A DNA stretch of 64,000 bases from a bacterium UBP11_UBA4055 (lineage in GTDB: Bacteria > UBA4055): contig DFZN01000039.1 of assembly GCA_002382735.1 (NCBI GenBank), positions 24,548-88,547 on the forward strand. The letters are read 5' to 3'. The notes beneath the pieces are model-generated. The model searched no databases, was not told the DNA's origin, and was given only the letters and a program-made list of their open reading frames with translations. Position 1 is the first letter of the stretch. Each line of letters starts with the position of its first letter. The position numbers and the translations under genes are program-made. Positions 9,005 to 18,854 of the stretch are shown here, in pieces.

Positions 9005-11593
9005 ATGAATAGAATAATGTTAATACTGGCTATGATAGTCTCAGTTGCCCTGAACGCTCAGGATATGCTGAACAAGACCCTGCCCAACGGTATGGAAGTC
9101 GTAGTCAAAAAGAACACAAGCAATTCATCGGTCGGATTCTTCATGTTCGTGAAAACAGGATCCATACATGAAGACGAGTATATCGGAAAAGGCCTTTCCC
9201 ACTACCTTGAGCACATAGTTTCAGGTGGATCGACAAAAAACCATACGGAAAAATGGCATCAGGATAAGAGAAAAGAGTACGGCGCAATAACTAATGCCTA
9301 TACGACTTTCGGAGCAACGGTTTACTACATGCAGGCAGACAAGCAGTACGCGGACTCGTGCCTCTACCTTCTCACTGACAATGTAATGAACTGCTCGTTC
9401 GATCCCGGTGAAGTCACAAGGGAAAAAGATGTCATAGTAAAGGAATTCGTTTATAGGGTCGCTTCACCTATGGCCAGGCTTTACAACGGAATGAGAGCCT
9501 CAACATATCTGACCTCGAATGTAAAAAACGAGGTTATCGGGGAGATAGAGCTTTTCAAGCAGAATACCCGCGAGGATATGATGGACTATTATAACAAAAG
9601 GTATATGCCTAACAATATGGTCTTCGTGGTCGTAGGAGATGTAGAGCCCGCGGAAATGATGCAGAAGGTCGAGAACACTTTCAAAGACTATAAAAGAGGC
9701 GTGTTGGTGCCTGTTTATCTGCCGGAAGAATCGATCAGGCCCGGGAATATAAAATATGTTGAGGAATTTGAGATACAGCAGCCGAGGGCGTTCATCACCA
9801 AGCTTATACCGAAAGCTGCCCATGACGACTTCGTAGCGATCTCTATGGCGACATCGATACTCTTTGAAAAGAGGAATTCACCCGTTCAGTACGCACTTGT
9901 CGAGGAAGAAAAAGCAGTGAACTGGATATACGGCTATTTCAACGACGGCGGCCATTTTCCCGAACCTATGGTCCAGATCGCTTTCGAGACAAAAGAATCA
10001 AAAACGCTTGATAATGTAGTGAAAAGAATAGACGAGATAATTGCTCAGACCGCTCAAAAAGGAATCACGCAGAAGCAGATCGACGAGGTTATCTCAAGAG
10101 AAAAGGCGCAGAAAATATTAAGAACTCCGGATTCAGACAGAGAGGCACAGCAGATAGGCTGGAACATGATAGTTTACGGTGTGCCCGATATGTTCGATAT
10201 TCAGATGGAGCAGTATGAAAAACTTACCCCCGAAAAAGTCAATGCGGCGATAAAAAAATATTTCGTAGCCGATAACAGAGTGATCTATTACGGCGTTCCG
10301 ACAGGCGAAAAGTCAAAGATAGAAGAAAGCGGCAGCGAGATCGTAAAGACCGAAGTCGAGAAGATCTCAGATAAGGATTTGACCCTTCTTTTTAAACAGA
10401 ATACGACCGACCCCGTGATACAGGGTGAGATATTCATTCCGGTTTCTTCCGATTATGAGACTCTTGAAAATGTCGGCACTTTCCAGTTCGTTACAGAGAT
10501 GCTCCTTTCAGGCGGAACGAAAAAATATTCGTCCATGGACCTCAGCTCATGGCTGGAAGATCACGCGGTCAGGCTGAGGGCTCAGGCAGGACCTACGGGG
10601 CTTAACATCAGTTTTAAATGTATAAAAGAAGATTATAAAGAGCTGTCCGAGAGGATATACAGCATGTTCAACGAACCCGTGTTTGACGAAAAGGAGCTTC
10701 TGCTCGCAAAAGAAAGAGCTGACGCAGACTACAAGAGAGAATTGAGCGAGCCTGATCACGAATACTCAGAATTCAGGTCCGCCATACTTTATAAAGGACA
10801 GAAATCAGGCCTGAGCTCAAAAGAGAGGAACGATATTATCCAGAGCCTGACGAGAGACAAGGTCAGCGGTATATATAAAAAATATTTTAAGGCTGAGAGC
10901 ATGATCGTTACCCTTTTCGGTGACCTGAAAAGAGATGAAGCAGTATCATACGCGAACGAGCTCTGGAAAAAAGTTCCAAAAGGAAAGATCCCGGGAGATA
11001 GAACTCCGATAGTTGTACCGAAGATCAGCGATACATTTGTAAACGAGTGCGAGTTCGAACAGGTCAATGTTGAGATCAACTTTACTGCGCCTCTGCAGGG
11101 TGATCCCGATTATTTCGCTATGACCGCGCTTAACCAGGTAATGTCGAACGGTTTTTCCGGCAGGCTTCTCAAAGCCACCAGGGTTGATAACGATCTTGTT
11201 TATTCGGCATATTCATACTATGCAGCCACAAAAGATTACGCTTTCTACAGAATAGTCGCACAGACTTCTCTTGATAAAAAAGACAGGCTTGTCGAAGTTC
11301 TCAAGAACGAGGTTCAAAAGATCCTTAGCGGCGATATTTCCCAGCAGGAGATCGACATATCCGTTGAATCCTACGCGAAAATGCTGGACAGTTATTTTAC
11401 GGATAATCAGCTAGTAGGCACTATGACCAGATATGAGTCAATGGGCCTGGGCTACAATTTCCTTAAAGAATCGCTGGCTGACCTTAAAAAGGTTACGCCT
11501 GATATGATAAAAACTGTAGCAGACAAATATCTTAACGACGCGGCTGTGTTCATTTCGCAGCCTTCGCCTGATGTAAAACGGGTTGTTGAGTAA
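9005..11593 (+). CDS. Secreted M16 (pitrilysin/insulinase) family zinc peptidase with tandem M16 halves
   Basis: Inverzincin motif HYLEHIVSGGS (HxxEH). Signal peptide MNRIMLILAMIVSVALNAQ. The ~860-aa length indicates two M16 units. The start is moved to ATG 9005 (Shine-Dalgarno sequence ggaga); the track ORF starts at 8963. Confidence 0.8.
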   Translation: MNRIMLILAMIVSVALNAQDMLNKTLPNGMEVVVKKNTSNSSVGFFMFVKTGSIHEDEYIGKGLSHYLEHIVSGGSTKNHTEKWHQDKRKEYGAITNAYTTFGATVYYMQADKQYADSCLYLLTDNVMNCSFDPGEVTREKDVIVKEFVYRVASPMARLYNGMRASTYLTSNVKNEVIGEIELFKQNTREDMMDYYNKRYMPNNMVFVVVGDVEPAEMMQKVENTFKDYKRGVLVPVYLPEESIRPGNIKYVEEFEIQQPRAFITKLIPKAAHDDFVAISMATSILFEKRNSPVQYALVEEEKAVNWIYGYFNDGGHFPEPMVQIAFETKESKTLDNVVKRIDEIIAQTAQKGITQKQIDEVISREKAQKILRTPDSDREAQQIGWNMIVYGVPDMFDIQMEQYEKLTPEKVNAAIKKYFVADNRVIYYGVPTGEKSKIEESGSEIVKTEVEKISDKDLTLLFKQNTTDPVIQGEIFIPVSSDYETLENVGTFQFVTEMLLSGGTKKYSSMDLSSWLEDHAVRLRAQAGPTGLNISFKCIKEDYKELSERIYSMFNEPVFDEKELLLAKERADADYKRELSEPDHEYSEFRSAILYKGQKSGLSSKERNDIIQSLTRDKVSGIYKKYFKAESMIVTLFGDLKRDEAVSYANELWKKVPKGKIPGDRTPIVVPKISDTFVNECEFEQVNVEINFTAPLQGDPDYFAMTALNQVMSNGFSGRLLKATRVDNDLVYSAYSYYAATKDYAFYRIVAQTSLDKKDRLVEVLKNEVQKILSGDISQQEIDISVESYAKMLDSYFTDNQLVGTMTRYESMGLGYNFLKESLADLKKVTPDMIKTVADKYLNDAAVFISQPSPDVKRVVE

Positions 11594-11602
11594 AACAAAA
11601 AA

Positions 11603-11631
11603 GGGCGGTCAAGTTGAACCGCCCTTTTTTT
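11603..11631. terminator. Rho-independent terminator, bidirectional, between convergent genes
   Basis: Stem gggcggt / accgccc with an 8-nt loop. It is flanked by an A-run upstream and a T7 run downstream. Confidence 0.75.
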
Positions 11632-11645
11632 ATCTTTAACTTAGA

Positions 11646-14603
11646 CTATCTGCTGCTGATGCCGTTTATATTTATTGTCTTCGCGGCGATCACTTTTGTA
11701 TCATTTATTGCGGTAACATAGTAGAACATTTTTGTTCCTGTTAACGGACATGTCCACTGCTCTCCCGCAAAGACACCGGATCCATTAAGAGTAAATGTGC
11801 CGTAAGGATCAGCCGATGAATAGACTATGTACCCGGCCGCGTCTGCAACAGGATCCCATGTTATGATCACATCTGTTCCGACTATGCTGAGAGCAAGATT
11901 GGCAGGAGCTTCAACAGGAAGTCTGTATTCCCAGTTAAGGTACGGAAAACCGCTGTTGAGACTGGTGTGCATATTCCAGTAATCGTTCGTTCCGTTCGCG
12001 GATTCTCCGTAGAAATCCCAGCCTGCGCTAGTGAAAGTGCTCATAGTGCTCATTTCGGCGATTGAAAGACCAGTTGCAGTACCGGAAGTGGATGTCTGTC
12101 CCGATGTTTCCGTATTCCAGAAATTTCCGGTCATATTACCGCTCGAGAAAGACCCTAGGAAACCTTTGGATGTAGTTGCGCTTCCTTCCCATGTTACTGA
12201 ACCTGTTGAATAATTATTGGTGAGACTACCTCCTCCAAGAGATCCTGCGAAACCTGCGTTGACAGTGCTCGTGCTCCCGGTCATCCTGATAACATTTACA
12301 GTACTGTAGCAGTTGTTAACATCAGCATTGCTTGAAACATATCCTACAAATCCTCCGATATAACCGAACGATCTTATTGAACCTGTTGAATAGCAGTTCG
12401 TAATAACTCCGTTTGTATATCCTGAAATTGTGCCTGAATAATTATAACCGTTGGCATCAATGTCCTTCAAACCCAGATCTTTAATAACTGAACCGGTGTA
12501 TGCTACGCCGAAAAGTCCCGTATAATTTGTCGTCCTGCTATAATATAAATTCGAGATTATATGTTCACCCCCGTCATAATTACCTGTAAAGTAGGGAGAT
12601 GAAGTTCCTATCGGCAGCCAGCCGGCACCTGCATTCCATGTCAATGTCTCGCTTGCATCAATGTCAGCAGTCTGAAGGAAATTATAGCTCAGGAAATTCC
12701 TGACCGCATCGAGTTGAGTCAGATTAGATACAAGGAAAGGCTCGTCCGTAGTTCCGATACCGCCCGCGAAAGGCGAAGGATTGTGCGTAATTCCTTCCCA
12801 TGAAAGGAAAGGATATCCGCTGTTCTCAACTGCGTTAATACCCCAGATGTCTTCTACTCCGTTAACAGATTCGTTCTGGAAATCCCAGGTAGCATTTGTG
12901 AATATGCTCAATGTTCTCATTTGATCCTTCGTTAAACCGGTCGCAGTTCCCGCTGTTGCAGTCTGACCTGAAGTATCGATATTCCAGAAATTCCCTGTCA
13001 TTGTAGTTCCGGCACCGACGGCTCCTACAAAGCCTTTATTTGTCGGATCTGTAGCACCTTCATAATGAACTCCGCCTGTAGAGTAGCAGTTCGTGATCTG
13101 GCTGGAGTACAATCTGCCGCAGAATGCACCTATATTGAGTGTCTCTGTTCCGCCTGTGAGTCTGGTTACTTCTACATCAGCATAACAGTCATGAATATCA
13201 CTGCCCGTATAACCATAACCGACAAATCCGCCTGTCCAGCCTCCTGTCGATGAGTAAACCGCCCCCTTGGAAAAACAGTTATTAACGGTGCCTCTGCTGT
13301 AACCTGCCAATCCCCCGGTATATGATCCTCCGGTAAAGTTTATGTTTACAAGGCCGATATCTTTTATCTCGCTCCCTGCGTTTGTTATTCCTAAAAGACC
13401 GTTGTATGATGAACCTGATCTGTTTATGTAAAGATTAGAAACTGTATGTCCGTCTCCGTTATATTTTCCGGCAAAATTGTTGATCGGCAGCCAGCCTGCT
13501 CCGCTGTTCCATGTAGATGTAGCCGAGGCATCAATGTCAGCAATTTGTATGAAGTGTGCTGAAAGGTAATATCTTACCGCGTTGAGCTGATCGAGAGTTG
13601 CGATCTGATATGGATTAGCTTCAGTGCCTGCTCCGTCAGCGAAAGCATTCGCCACATCGTTGATCGTGTACTGCGTAGCGGCATCGATAGTGTATGTAGC
13701 TGTTCTCGGCGAGTCTGCAGTATTGAAAACAGCTCCGTCAACTTCGACCCACCCAAGCGTTTTAGGTTCCTCCTCAATGATTATTCCTTCTTCCTCAACA
13801 AGCTCCGCGATCTCTCTGTCAAGATGTTTTGATACGGTTTTTTCTTTCAAGCTGACCTTTCTGATGCCCGAATTCGTATCGTCAGCATCCGAGCTTTTAG
13901 ATGTCTCATATTTCCAGACTTTCAGATTCGCAAGAATGTTCCCGTTATCCTCATTTGAAAGCCAGCTCGTTGTAACCTGACGCGTTCCTGAAAAAGCGTT
14001 GGAGGTCTGTACATTCCATTTTCTCCATATACCCTCCGAACCGTAAAGAACGACTTCGCTGCCGTCACCTGTGTAGCGGTAAACTGTCACAGTACCCAAA
14101 TTACCGGTTCCGGTGCTCATCGAATAACCTATTCCCCCAAAGGTGTTTGAACCTGTCCCTACAACTCTTGCAGTTTTCGTGGTACCAACAATGTAGCCGA
14201 CAGTTGATTCTCCGGTTACTTCCGCTGTCGTCGCAAGCTCGAAAGTGCTTGTTCCGGTTAGAACATTCCCTTTCGTGAACGCGATATTGTTCGTCAGAAC
14301 AAAACTATTCGTGTTGTTGGCAATAAGAACATTCCCGGACGGCTTGTTTATGGCGACGTTCGGAAAAGTGTAAATATTGGTAACCGTATCCTGTGCCGAT
14401 CCGACAAAACTTACCTTTGAAGTAGTAAGGAAATCAATAGTTCCAAGTTTTTCGCCGTCTTTGGCAAGTGTATTCTTTAAATTACCGTAAACATTCACAT
14501 TCACATTCCCGAAAGATACTCTCGCATTGGGTCCGATAGTTATTCCTGCTGAATGTGCAAAGCTGAATAAAGCCAGCAGCATTATCAGCAAACTTCTCTT
14601 CAT
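11646..14603 (-). CDS. Secreted GLUG-motif repeat protein with a C-terminal FN3-like domain
   Basis: Signal peptide MKRSLLIMLLALFSFAHSAG, using the start at 14603; the longer track ORF to 14684 runs into paralog-derived pseudogene sequence. Two tandem ~290-aa modules each carry the series ...NCYSTG...GGFVGY...NCYS...TATGL..., as in GLUG domains. The C-terminal ~70 aa (ITWDPVADAAGYIVYSSADPYGTF...FYYV) are shared with the S8 protease at 45276-48011. Confidence 0.6.
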   Translation of the reverse strand: MKRSLLIMLLALFSFAHSAGITIGPNARVSFGNVNVNVYGNLKNTLAKDGEKLGTIDFLTTSKVSFVGSAQDTVTNIYTFPNVAINKPSGNVLIANNTNSFVLTNNIAFTKGNVLTGTSTFELATTAEVTGESTVGYIVGTTKTARVVGTGSNTFGGIGYSMSTGTGNLGTVTVYRYTGDGSEVVLYGSEGIWRKWNVQTSNAFSGTRQVTTSWLSNEDNGNILANLKVWKYETSKSSDADDTNSGIRKVSLKEKTVSKHLDREIAELVEEEGIIIEEEPKTLGWVEVDGAVFNTADSPRTATYTIDAATQYTINDVANAFADGAGTEANPYQIATLDQLNAVRYYLSAHFIQIADIDASATSTWNSGAGWLPINNFAGKYNGDGHTVSNLYINRSGSSYNGLLGITNAGSEIKDIGLVNINFTGGSYTGGLAGYSRGTVNNCFSKGAVYSSTGGWTGGFVGYGYTGSDIHDCYADVEVTRLTGGTETLNIGAFCGRLYSSQITNCYSTGGVHYEGATDPTNKGFVGAVGAGTTMTGNFWNIDTSGQTATAGTATGLTKDQMRTLSIFTNATWDFQNESVNGVEDIWGINAVENSGYPFLSWEGITHNPSPFAGGIGTTDEPFLVSNLTQLDAVRNFLSYNFLQTADIDASETLTWNAGAGWLPIGTSSPYFTGNYDGGEHIISNLYYSRTTNYTGLFGVAYTGSVIKDLGLKDIDANGYNYSGTISGYTNGVITNCYSTGSIRSFGYIGGFVGYVSSNADVNNCYSTVNVIRMTGSTSTVNAGFAGSLGGGSLTNNYSTGSVTWEGSATTSKGFLGSFSSGNMTGNFWNTETSGQTSTSGTATGLSIAEMSTMSTFTSAGWDFYGESANGTNDYWNMHTSLNSGFPYLNWEYRLPVEAPANLALSIVGTDVIITWDPVADAAGYIVYSSADPYGTFTLNGSGVFAGEQWTCPLTGTKMFYYVTAINDTKVIAAKTININGISSR

Positions 14604-14619
14604 ATAACCCTCCGTAAAA

Positions 14620-14880
14620 ACTTTGTTTTGTGATTTCTCGCCTTTAGCTGCATTAGTTGTTACACTGAATGTCCTAGACATCATTCTGAATATGAGCTCT
14701 GATCCCGTCTGAGCTAATCATCATCAAAGTATCACCCTTGTTCATGATTCGTAAACCGTCAGTCGAAACATCAAAAACCTTATTGTTCGATGCGTCTTTT
14801 ACTTCAAAAAGCGTTTCTGCTTTGATTACAGTGGAAAATAGCATGATTATTATCAAAGATATCTTCATAACACACTCCAT
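14620..14880 (-). pseudogene. Decayed third copy of the tail-fibre-like paralog family. Only the N-terminus remains, and homology continues out of frame to ~14620.
   Basis: The 68-aa ORF gives MKISLIIIMLFSTVIKAETLFEVKDASNNKVFDVSTDGLRIMN... The N-terminus of the gene at 14886-16850 reads ...SETLFEVKDASNNTVLDVSTDGIRIMN... Just downstream, a different frame encodes SRTFSVTT..., compared with LSRTFSITT in the intact paralogs. Confidence 0.6.
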
Positions 14881-14885
14881 TATGC

Positions 14886-16850
14886 TTATTCGTTCTCTAT
14901 TTTTTCAGCTCTTTTCTGTACCTGGTACTCAATACCCATTTCTTTTGGTTGCCCAAATGATTCAGGATGTAAATAATATCCCTTTTCGTTTTGTTTCTTA
15001 GTTGTTTCAACTTCTATCGGATTATCTTTTGCATAGTTATCATTTCTTGTCCCGGTAACCTGCCATGAAACTTTAAGTCCGGGTTTTCCTCCGGATATCT
15101 CAAACTTATTTTCGGAGATTTCTTCAGATATATAAAGCTGTGCATAAGCTCCAACCGGGGTCAATTGATACCTGAAATCTGTATTGAATGCTTCAAACCA
15201 CTCAGGAAGGGAAACAAATGCTTTTCCTTCTGAATCTAAAATAACATTTCCATTATATACATTTAGCATTTCACTGCTGTTAACTGACGAGTGAGAAAGA
15301 ATTTTATTCTCCGGATCTGAAGGATGATCTATCTTTATATCCACTTTTGTGGGATTGATCGTCCCTGTTACCCTAACATTTCCGCTAAAATACCCTGCCC
15401 AGTTCGTCGTACCGCCGCTTGCAGTCCCATAGACTCCGGTTCTTACTCCGCCGCTTCCGGACGCAGAGCCGCTTATCCCATGAATATGATAATCCCCTGT
15501 AGCTGAAGCATATCCGACAACACCCCTCGCTCCACCTTCTCCCTTAACACCCACACCCCATGTGTCTGTAACATTGTGCTTGCCGAAGATTGCAGGGTTA
15601 TCATTACTAGTTGTTTCATCAATAGCATGAATTCTATACATCGGGTTTATGCCTACTCCTAATTTGCCGTTTATTTTAACAAAATCATTATCAAACTCGC
15701 CATAAATTAGGGGAGTTGAGGTGGATGAATTTGCTATATACAGCTTATCTGAAATACTACCCGAACTCATACCGGCCTGGTATCCTATCATTACGCTGCC
15801 TGATCCTAAATTACCCTCGCCAGCCTGATAACCCAAAAACACATTGTTAGAACCGGTACTTTGGACTCCGCTCCTGTATCCTAAAAATGAATTACTTGTA
15901 CCGTCTATATTTTGCCCTCCTGACCAATATCCTACCATTGTATTGCTGCTTTGCAAATTATTAATTCCGGCCATCTGCCCGACATAAGTGTTATTACCAC
16001 CTGTGATATTGTCTTGACCTGCAAAAAAACCCAGAAAAGAATTTCGGTTCCCAGTTGTATTTTTTTCTCCCGAATATTCCCCTATAAACAGATTTTGTGA
16101 TGATGTATTATTGTATCCGGAATAATTTCCGATGAAAATATTTTGCCCACCATTTTCATTATAACCGGATTTGTAACCTATGTAAATATTATCTTCCCCA
16201 TAACTATTACCTTTACCCGCTGAGCTTCCTATGAACACATTTCTGAAACCTGTTGTATTCGAAATTCCTGCACTGTCACCCAACAGAACATTGTCGTAAC
16301 CGCTTGTATTAACTTTTCCGGATTCGTTACCCAAGAAAATGTTGCTTCTTCCAGAGTAGAGACTTGGAGAACCAGGGGTAGTTATGATACCGGAATTAAG
16401 GCCTAGAAAAATATTATCCGGGCTGAAATCAGTGTATCTGTCACCGGCAGTACCTTCTCGCATCTCCGTATTGGCGTTAGATACTTTCAGAAAATTGGTC
16501 GCCACACTTTTTTCTTTCAAAGCTGTCTGGCTCGAAACTCCGAAACCTGAACCTGAATCACTTATCCAGAATCTTGTGCTGTCGGCTGTGACTTTCATAA
16601 TGTCTTTGAAACCTTTTACAGATGAGGGTGTGGTTATGCTGAAAGTTCTAGATAATCCTTTTGAGTTATCAATATTCGCTCTGATCTCACTGGAACTTAT
16701 GATCATCAGAGTGTCGGGATAATTCATTATTCTGATACCGTCAGTCGAGACATCAAGTACTGTATTGTTTGAAGCATCTTTAACTTCGAACAGGGTTTCA
16801 GAATAAATAACTGTCACAAGAATGAATAGTATGCAAATCATATTTCTCAT
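14886..16850 (-). CDS. Secreted beta-helix repeat protein, tail-fibre-like. It has a paralog-specific N-terminal domain, degenerate Nx(F/I)xG..AG..N..G repeats, and a conserved ~190-aa C-terminal domain.
   Basis: Signal peptide MRNMICILFILVTVIYS. There are about 15 repeats of the form NVFIGxxAGxxNTxGxxN. The C-terminal block NWAGYFSG.V.VTG...KIDHP.DPENK.LSHS.V.S.EM.N.Y.G is shared with the gene at 16879-18777. The spacing between the ggagag Shine-Dalgarno sequence and the ATG favours a start at 16850. Confidence 0.55.
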   Translation of the reverse strand: MRNMICILFILVTVIYSETLFEVKDASNNTVLDVSTDGIRIMNYPDTLMIISSSEIRANIDNSKGLSRTFSITTPSSVKGFKDIMKVTADSTRFWISDSGSGFGVSSQTALKEKSVATNFLKVSNANTEMREGTAGDRYTDFSPDNIFLGLNSGIITTPGSPSLYSGRSNIFLGNESGKVNTSGYDNVLLGDSAGISNTTGFRNVFIGSSAGKGNSYGEDNIYIGYKSGYNENGGQNIFIGNYSGYNNTSSQNLFIGEYSGEKNTTGNRNSFLGFFAGQDNITGGNNTYVGQMAGINNLQSSNTMVGYWSGGQNIDGTSNSFLGYRSGVQSTGSNNVFLGYQAGEGNLGSGSVMIGYQAGMSSGSISDKLYIANSSTSTPLIYGEFDNDFVKINGKLGVGINPMYRIHAIDETTSNDNPAIFGKHNVTDTWGVGVKGEGGARGVVGYASATGDYHIHGISGSASGSGGVRTGVYGTASGGTTNWAGYFSGNVRVTGTINPTKVDIKIDHPSDPENKILSHSSVNSSEMLNVYNGNVILDSEGKAFVSLPEWFEAFNTDFRYQLTPVGAYAQLYISEEISENKFEISGGKPGLKVSWQVTGTRNDNYAKDNPIEVETTKKQNEKGYYLHPESFGQPKEMGIEYQVQKRAEKIENE

Positions 16851-16878
16851 AAACATCTCTCCATCATTTAATTAATTT

Positions 16879-18777
16879 TTAATGTTCTCTTTTTACATTT
16901 TCATATCGATATTCAATACCCGTTTCTTTGGGTTGACCATACAATTCAGGATGTAAATAATAACCTTTTTCTTCTGCATTTTTCTCTTTTTCGACTTCGA
17001 TGGGATTAGACTTGGCAAAATTATCTTTTCTTACTCCTGTTATCTGCCATGATATTTCAGCATTCGGTTCTCCGCCTGCAATTTCAAAAGTACCATTGCT
17101 GATTTTTTTTGAAATATATAAATTGGGGCATGGCTTTCCAATTGCGGTCATTTGATACCTGTAATTAGTGTTTAATGATTCAAGCCACTCCGGCATTTCT
17201 ATTATCACTTGACCTTCATCATCCAGAATAGCTACACCGTCATAAATATTTTTCATTTCATTGCTTGATACTGTAGAATGAGAAAGATATTTGTTTTCAG
17301 GATCAAGAGGATGGTCGATCTTTACTTGATCAGCTGATTTCACGACAGTGCCTGTAACATTAATATCTCCGCTGAAATAGCCTGCCCAGTTAGTGTCTCC
17401 ACCGCTCGCAGCACCATAAACCCCGATCCTCGTGCCGGTTCCTGTTCCTGAACAAAAACCATAGACTCCGCGACTTTCACCCGATGTAGTGCTCGCTACC
17501 CCGTAAACACCCCGGAATCCTCCCTCACCTTGAACTCCAACGCCATAATTATTGGTCACCGAGTGTTTGCCGTAGACAGCTGCGCTATCAGACCATGAAG
17601 TTATATCTTCCGCATGAAATTTATAAGCTGGACTTACTCCAACCCCTAATTTCTTAGTGACAATTGAGTTACCTGTAACTAATAAACTGCCTGTTGCATT
17701 TATTGTTGTTGCTGTAAATGACAGATCCGTATTAGGAAATGTACCTTTGATTAGTGGTGTAAAAGTATCGGAATTAGAAATGTACAGCTTATTTGATCCA
17801 GTCTCGTTGTATCCGCTTTCATATCCAATAAAAGTGTTACCGGAACCGCTGAGACTGTTTATTCCACTTTTTGAACCCAAAAATACGTTTCTGTAACCAT
17901 ACAGAGAATTATACGCGCAAGAATCTCCGACAAAAACATTATCGTTTCCTGTTCCTACCGAACTGTATTGATCCCCTCCATATCCTGCATTACTTCCTAT
18001 AAAAACATTCGAATGTCCAGTATTGTTACTTCCTCCGGACTTCGTTCCGATAAAAACATTATCGTCACCTGTTCGGCTGTAAAATCCCGAACTGTTACCT
18101 ATGAAAACATTATTATCTACAGTATTAAAGTTACCTGCTCCCGCTCCCAGGAATGTACAGTTATTGCTTGATTGTCCCTCAAATCCAGCAAACCGTCCAA
18201 TATATACATTCGCGACTCCTGAAACATTTTTCAACCCTGATTCATTCCCTATAAAAATGTTATCTGAACCTGAAATTTCATACGGAACACCAGGAGTCGT
18301 TGCTACTCCTGAATTTAACCCAAGAAAAATATTTTCAGGACTGAAATTAGTGTATTCATTTCCATCTACTCCTTCTCTCAAAGTAGTAGAACCTGTACTT
18401 ACTTCCAATAAATTAGTTTGTATTCCTTTTTGAGATGCAACCTGATTTGCAACTCCAAAACCTGAACCAGTGTCACTGACCCAAAACCTTGTACTGTCAG
18501 CCGTGACTTTCATAATGTCTTTAAAACCTTTTACGGAAGAGGGTGTGGTTATACTGAAAGTTCTGGATAATCCCTTTGAATTATCAATATTCGCTCTGAT
18601 CTCACTGGAACTTATGATCATCAGAGTGTCGGGATAATTCATTATGCGCAATCCGTCAGTCGAGACATCAAGTACTGTATTGTTTGAAGCATCTTTTACT
18701 TCAAAAAGAGTTTCGCAAAACAGAATATTGACAAGAACCGTGCAATAAAATATTACAGCTTTTCCGGATGTTTTCAT
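16879..18777 (-). CDS. Secreted beta-helix repeat protein, tail-fibre-like; paralog of the gene at 14886-16850
   Basis: Start ATG 18777 with a perfect Shine-Dalgarno sequence (aggagga). Signal peptide MKTSGKAVIFYCTVLVNILFC. The N-terminal ~115 aa and C-terminal ~190 aa are shared with the neighbouring paralog, while the central repeats diverge. About 230 nt at the 5' end (~18480-18720) are ~90% identical to 16560-16800. Confidence 0.55.
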   Translation of the reverse strand: MKTSGKAVIFYCTVLVNILFCETLFEVKDASNNTVLDVSTDGLRIMNYPDTLMIISSSEIRANIDNSKGLSRTFSITTPSSVKGFKDIMKVTADSTRFWVSDTGSGFGVANQVASQKGIQTNLLEVSTGSTTLREGVDGNEYTNFSPENIFLGLNSGVATTPGVPYEISGSDNIFIGNESGLKNVSGVANVYIGRFAGFEGQSSNNCTFLGAGAGNFNTVDNNVFIGNSSGFYSRTGDDNVFIGTKSGGSNNTGHSNVFIGSNAGYGGDQYSSVGTGNDNVFVGDSCAYNSLYGYRNVFLGSKSGINSLSGSGNTFIGYESGYNETGSNKLYISNSDTFTPLIKGTFPNTDLSFTATTINATGSLLVTGNSIVTKKLGVGVSPAYKFHAEDITSWSDSAAVYGKHSVTNNYGVGVQGEGGFRGVYGVASTTSGESRGVYGFCSGTGTGTRIGVYGAASGGDTNWAGYFSGDINVTGTVVKSADQVKIDHPLDPENKYLSHSTVSSNEMKNIYDGVAILDDEGQVIIEMPEWLESLNTNYRYQMTAIGKPCPNLYISKKISNGTFEIAGGEPNAEISWQITGVRKDNFAKSNPIEVEKEKNAEEKGYYLHPELYGQPKETGIEYRYENVKREH

Positions 18778-18854
18778 AACTAAATTCCTCCTAAGTGTTA
18801 AAAGCATTGCAACAATATACAAGATTAAACAGAACAAAAGTGTGATACAGATCA

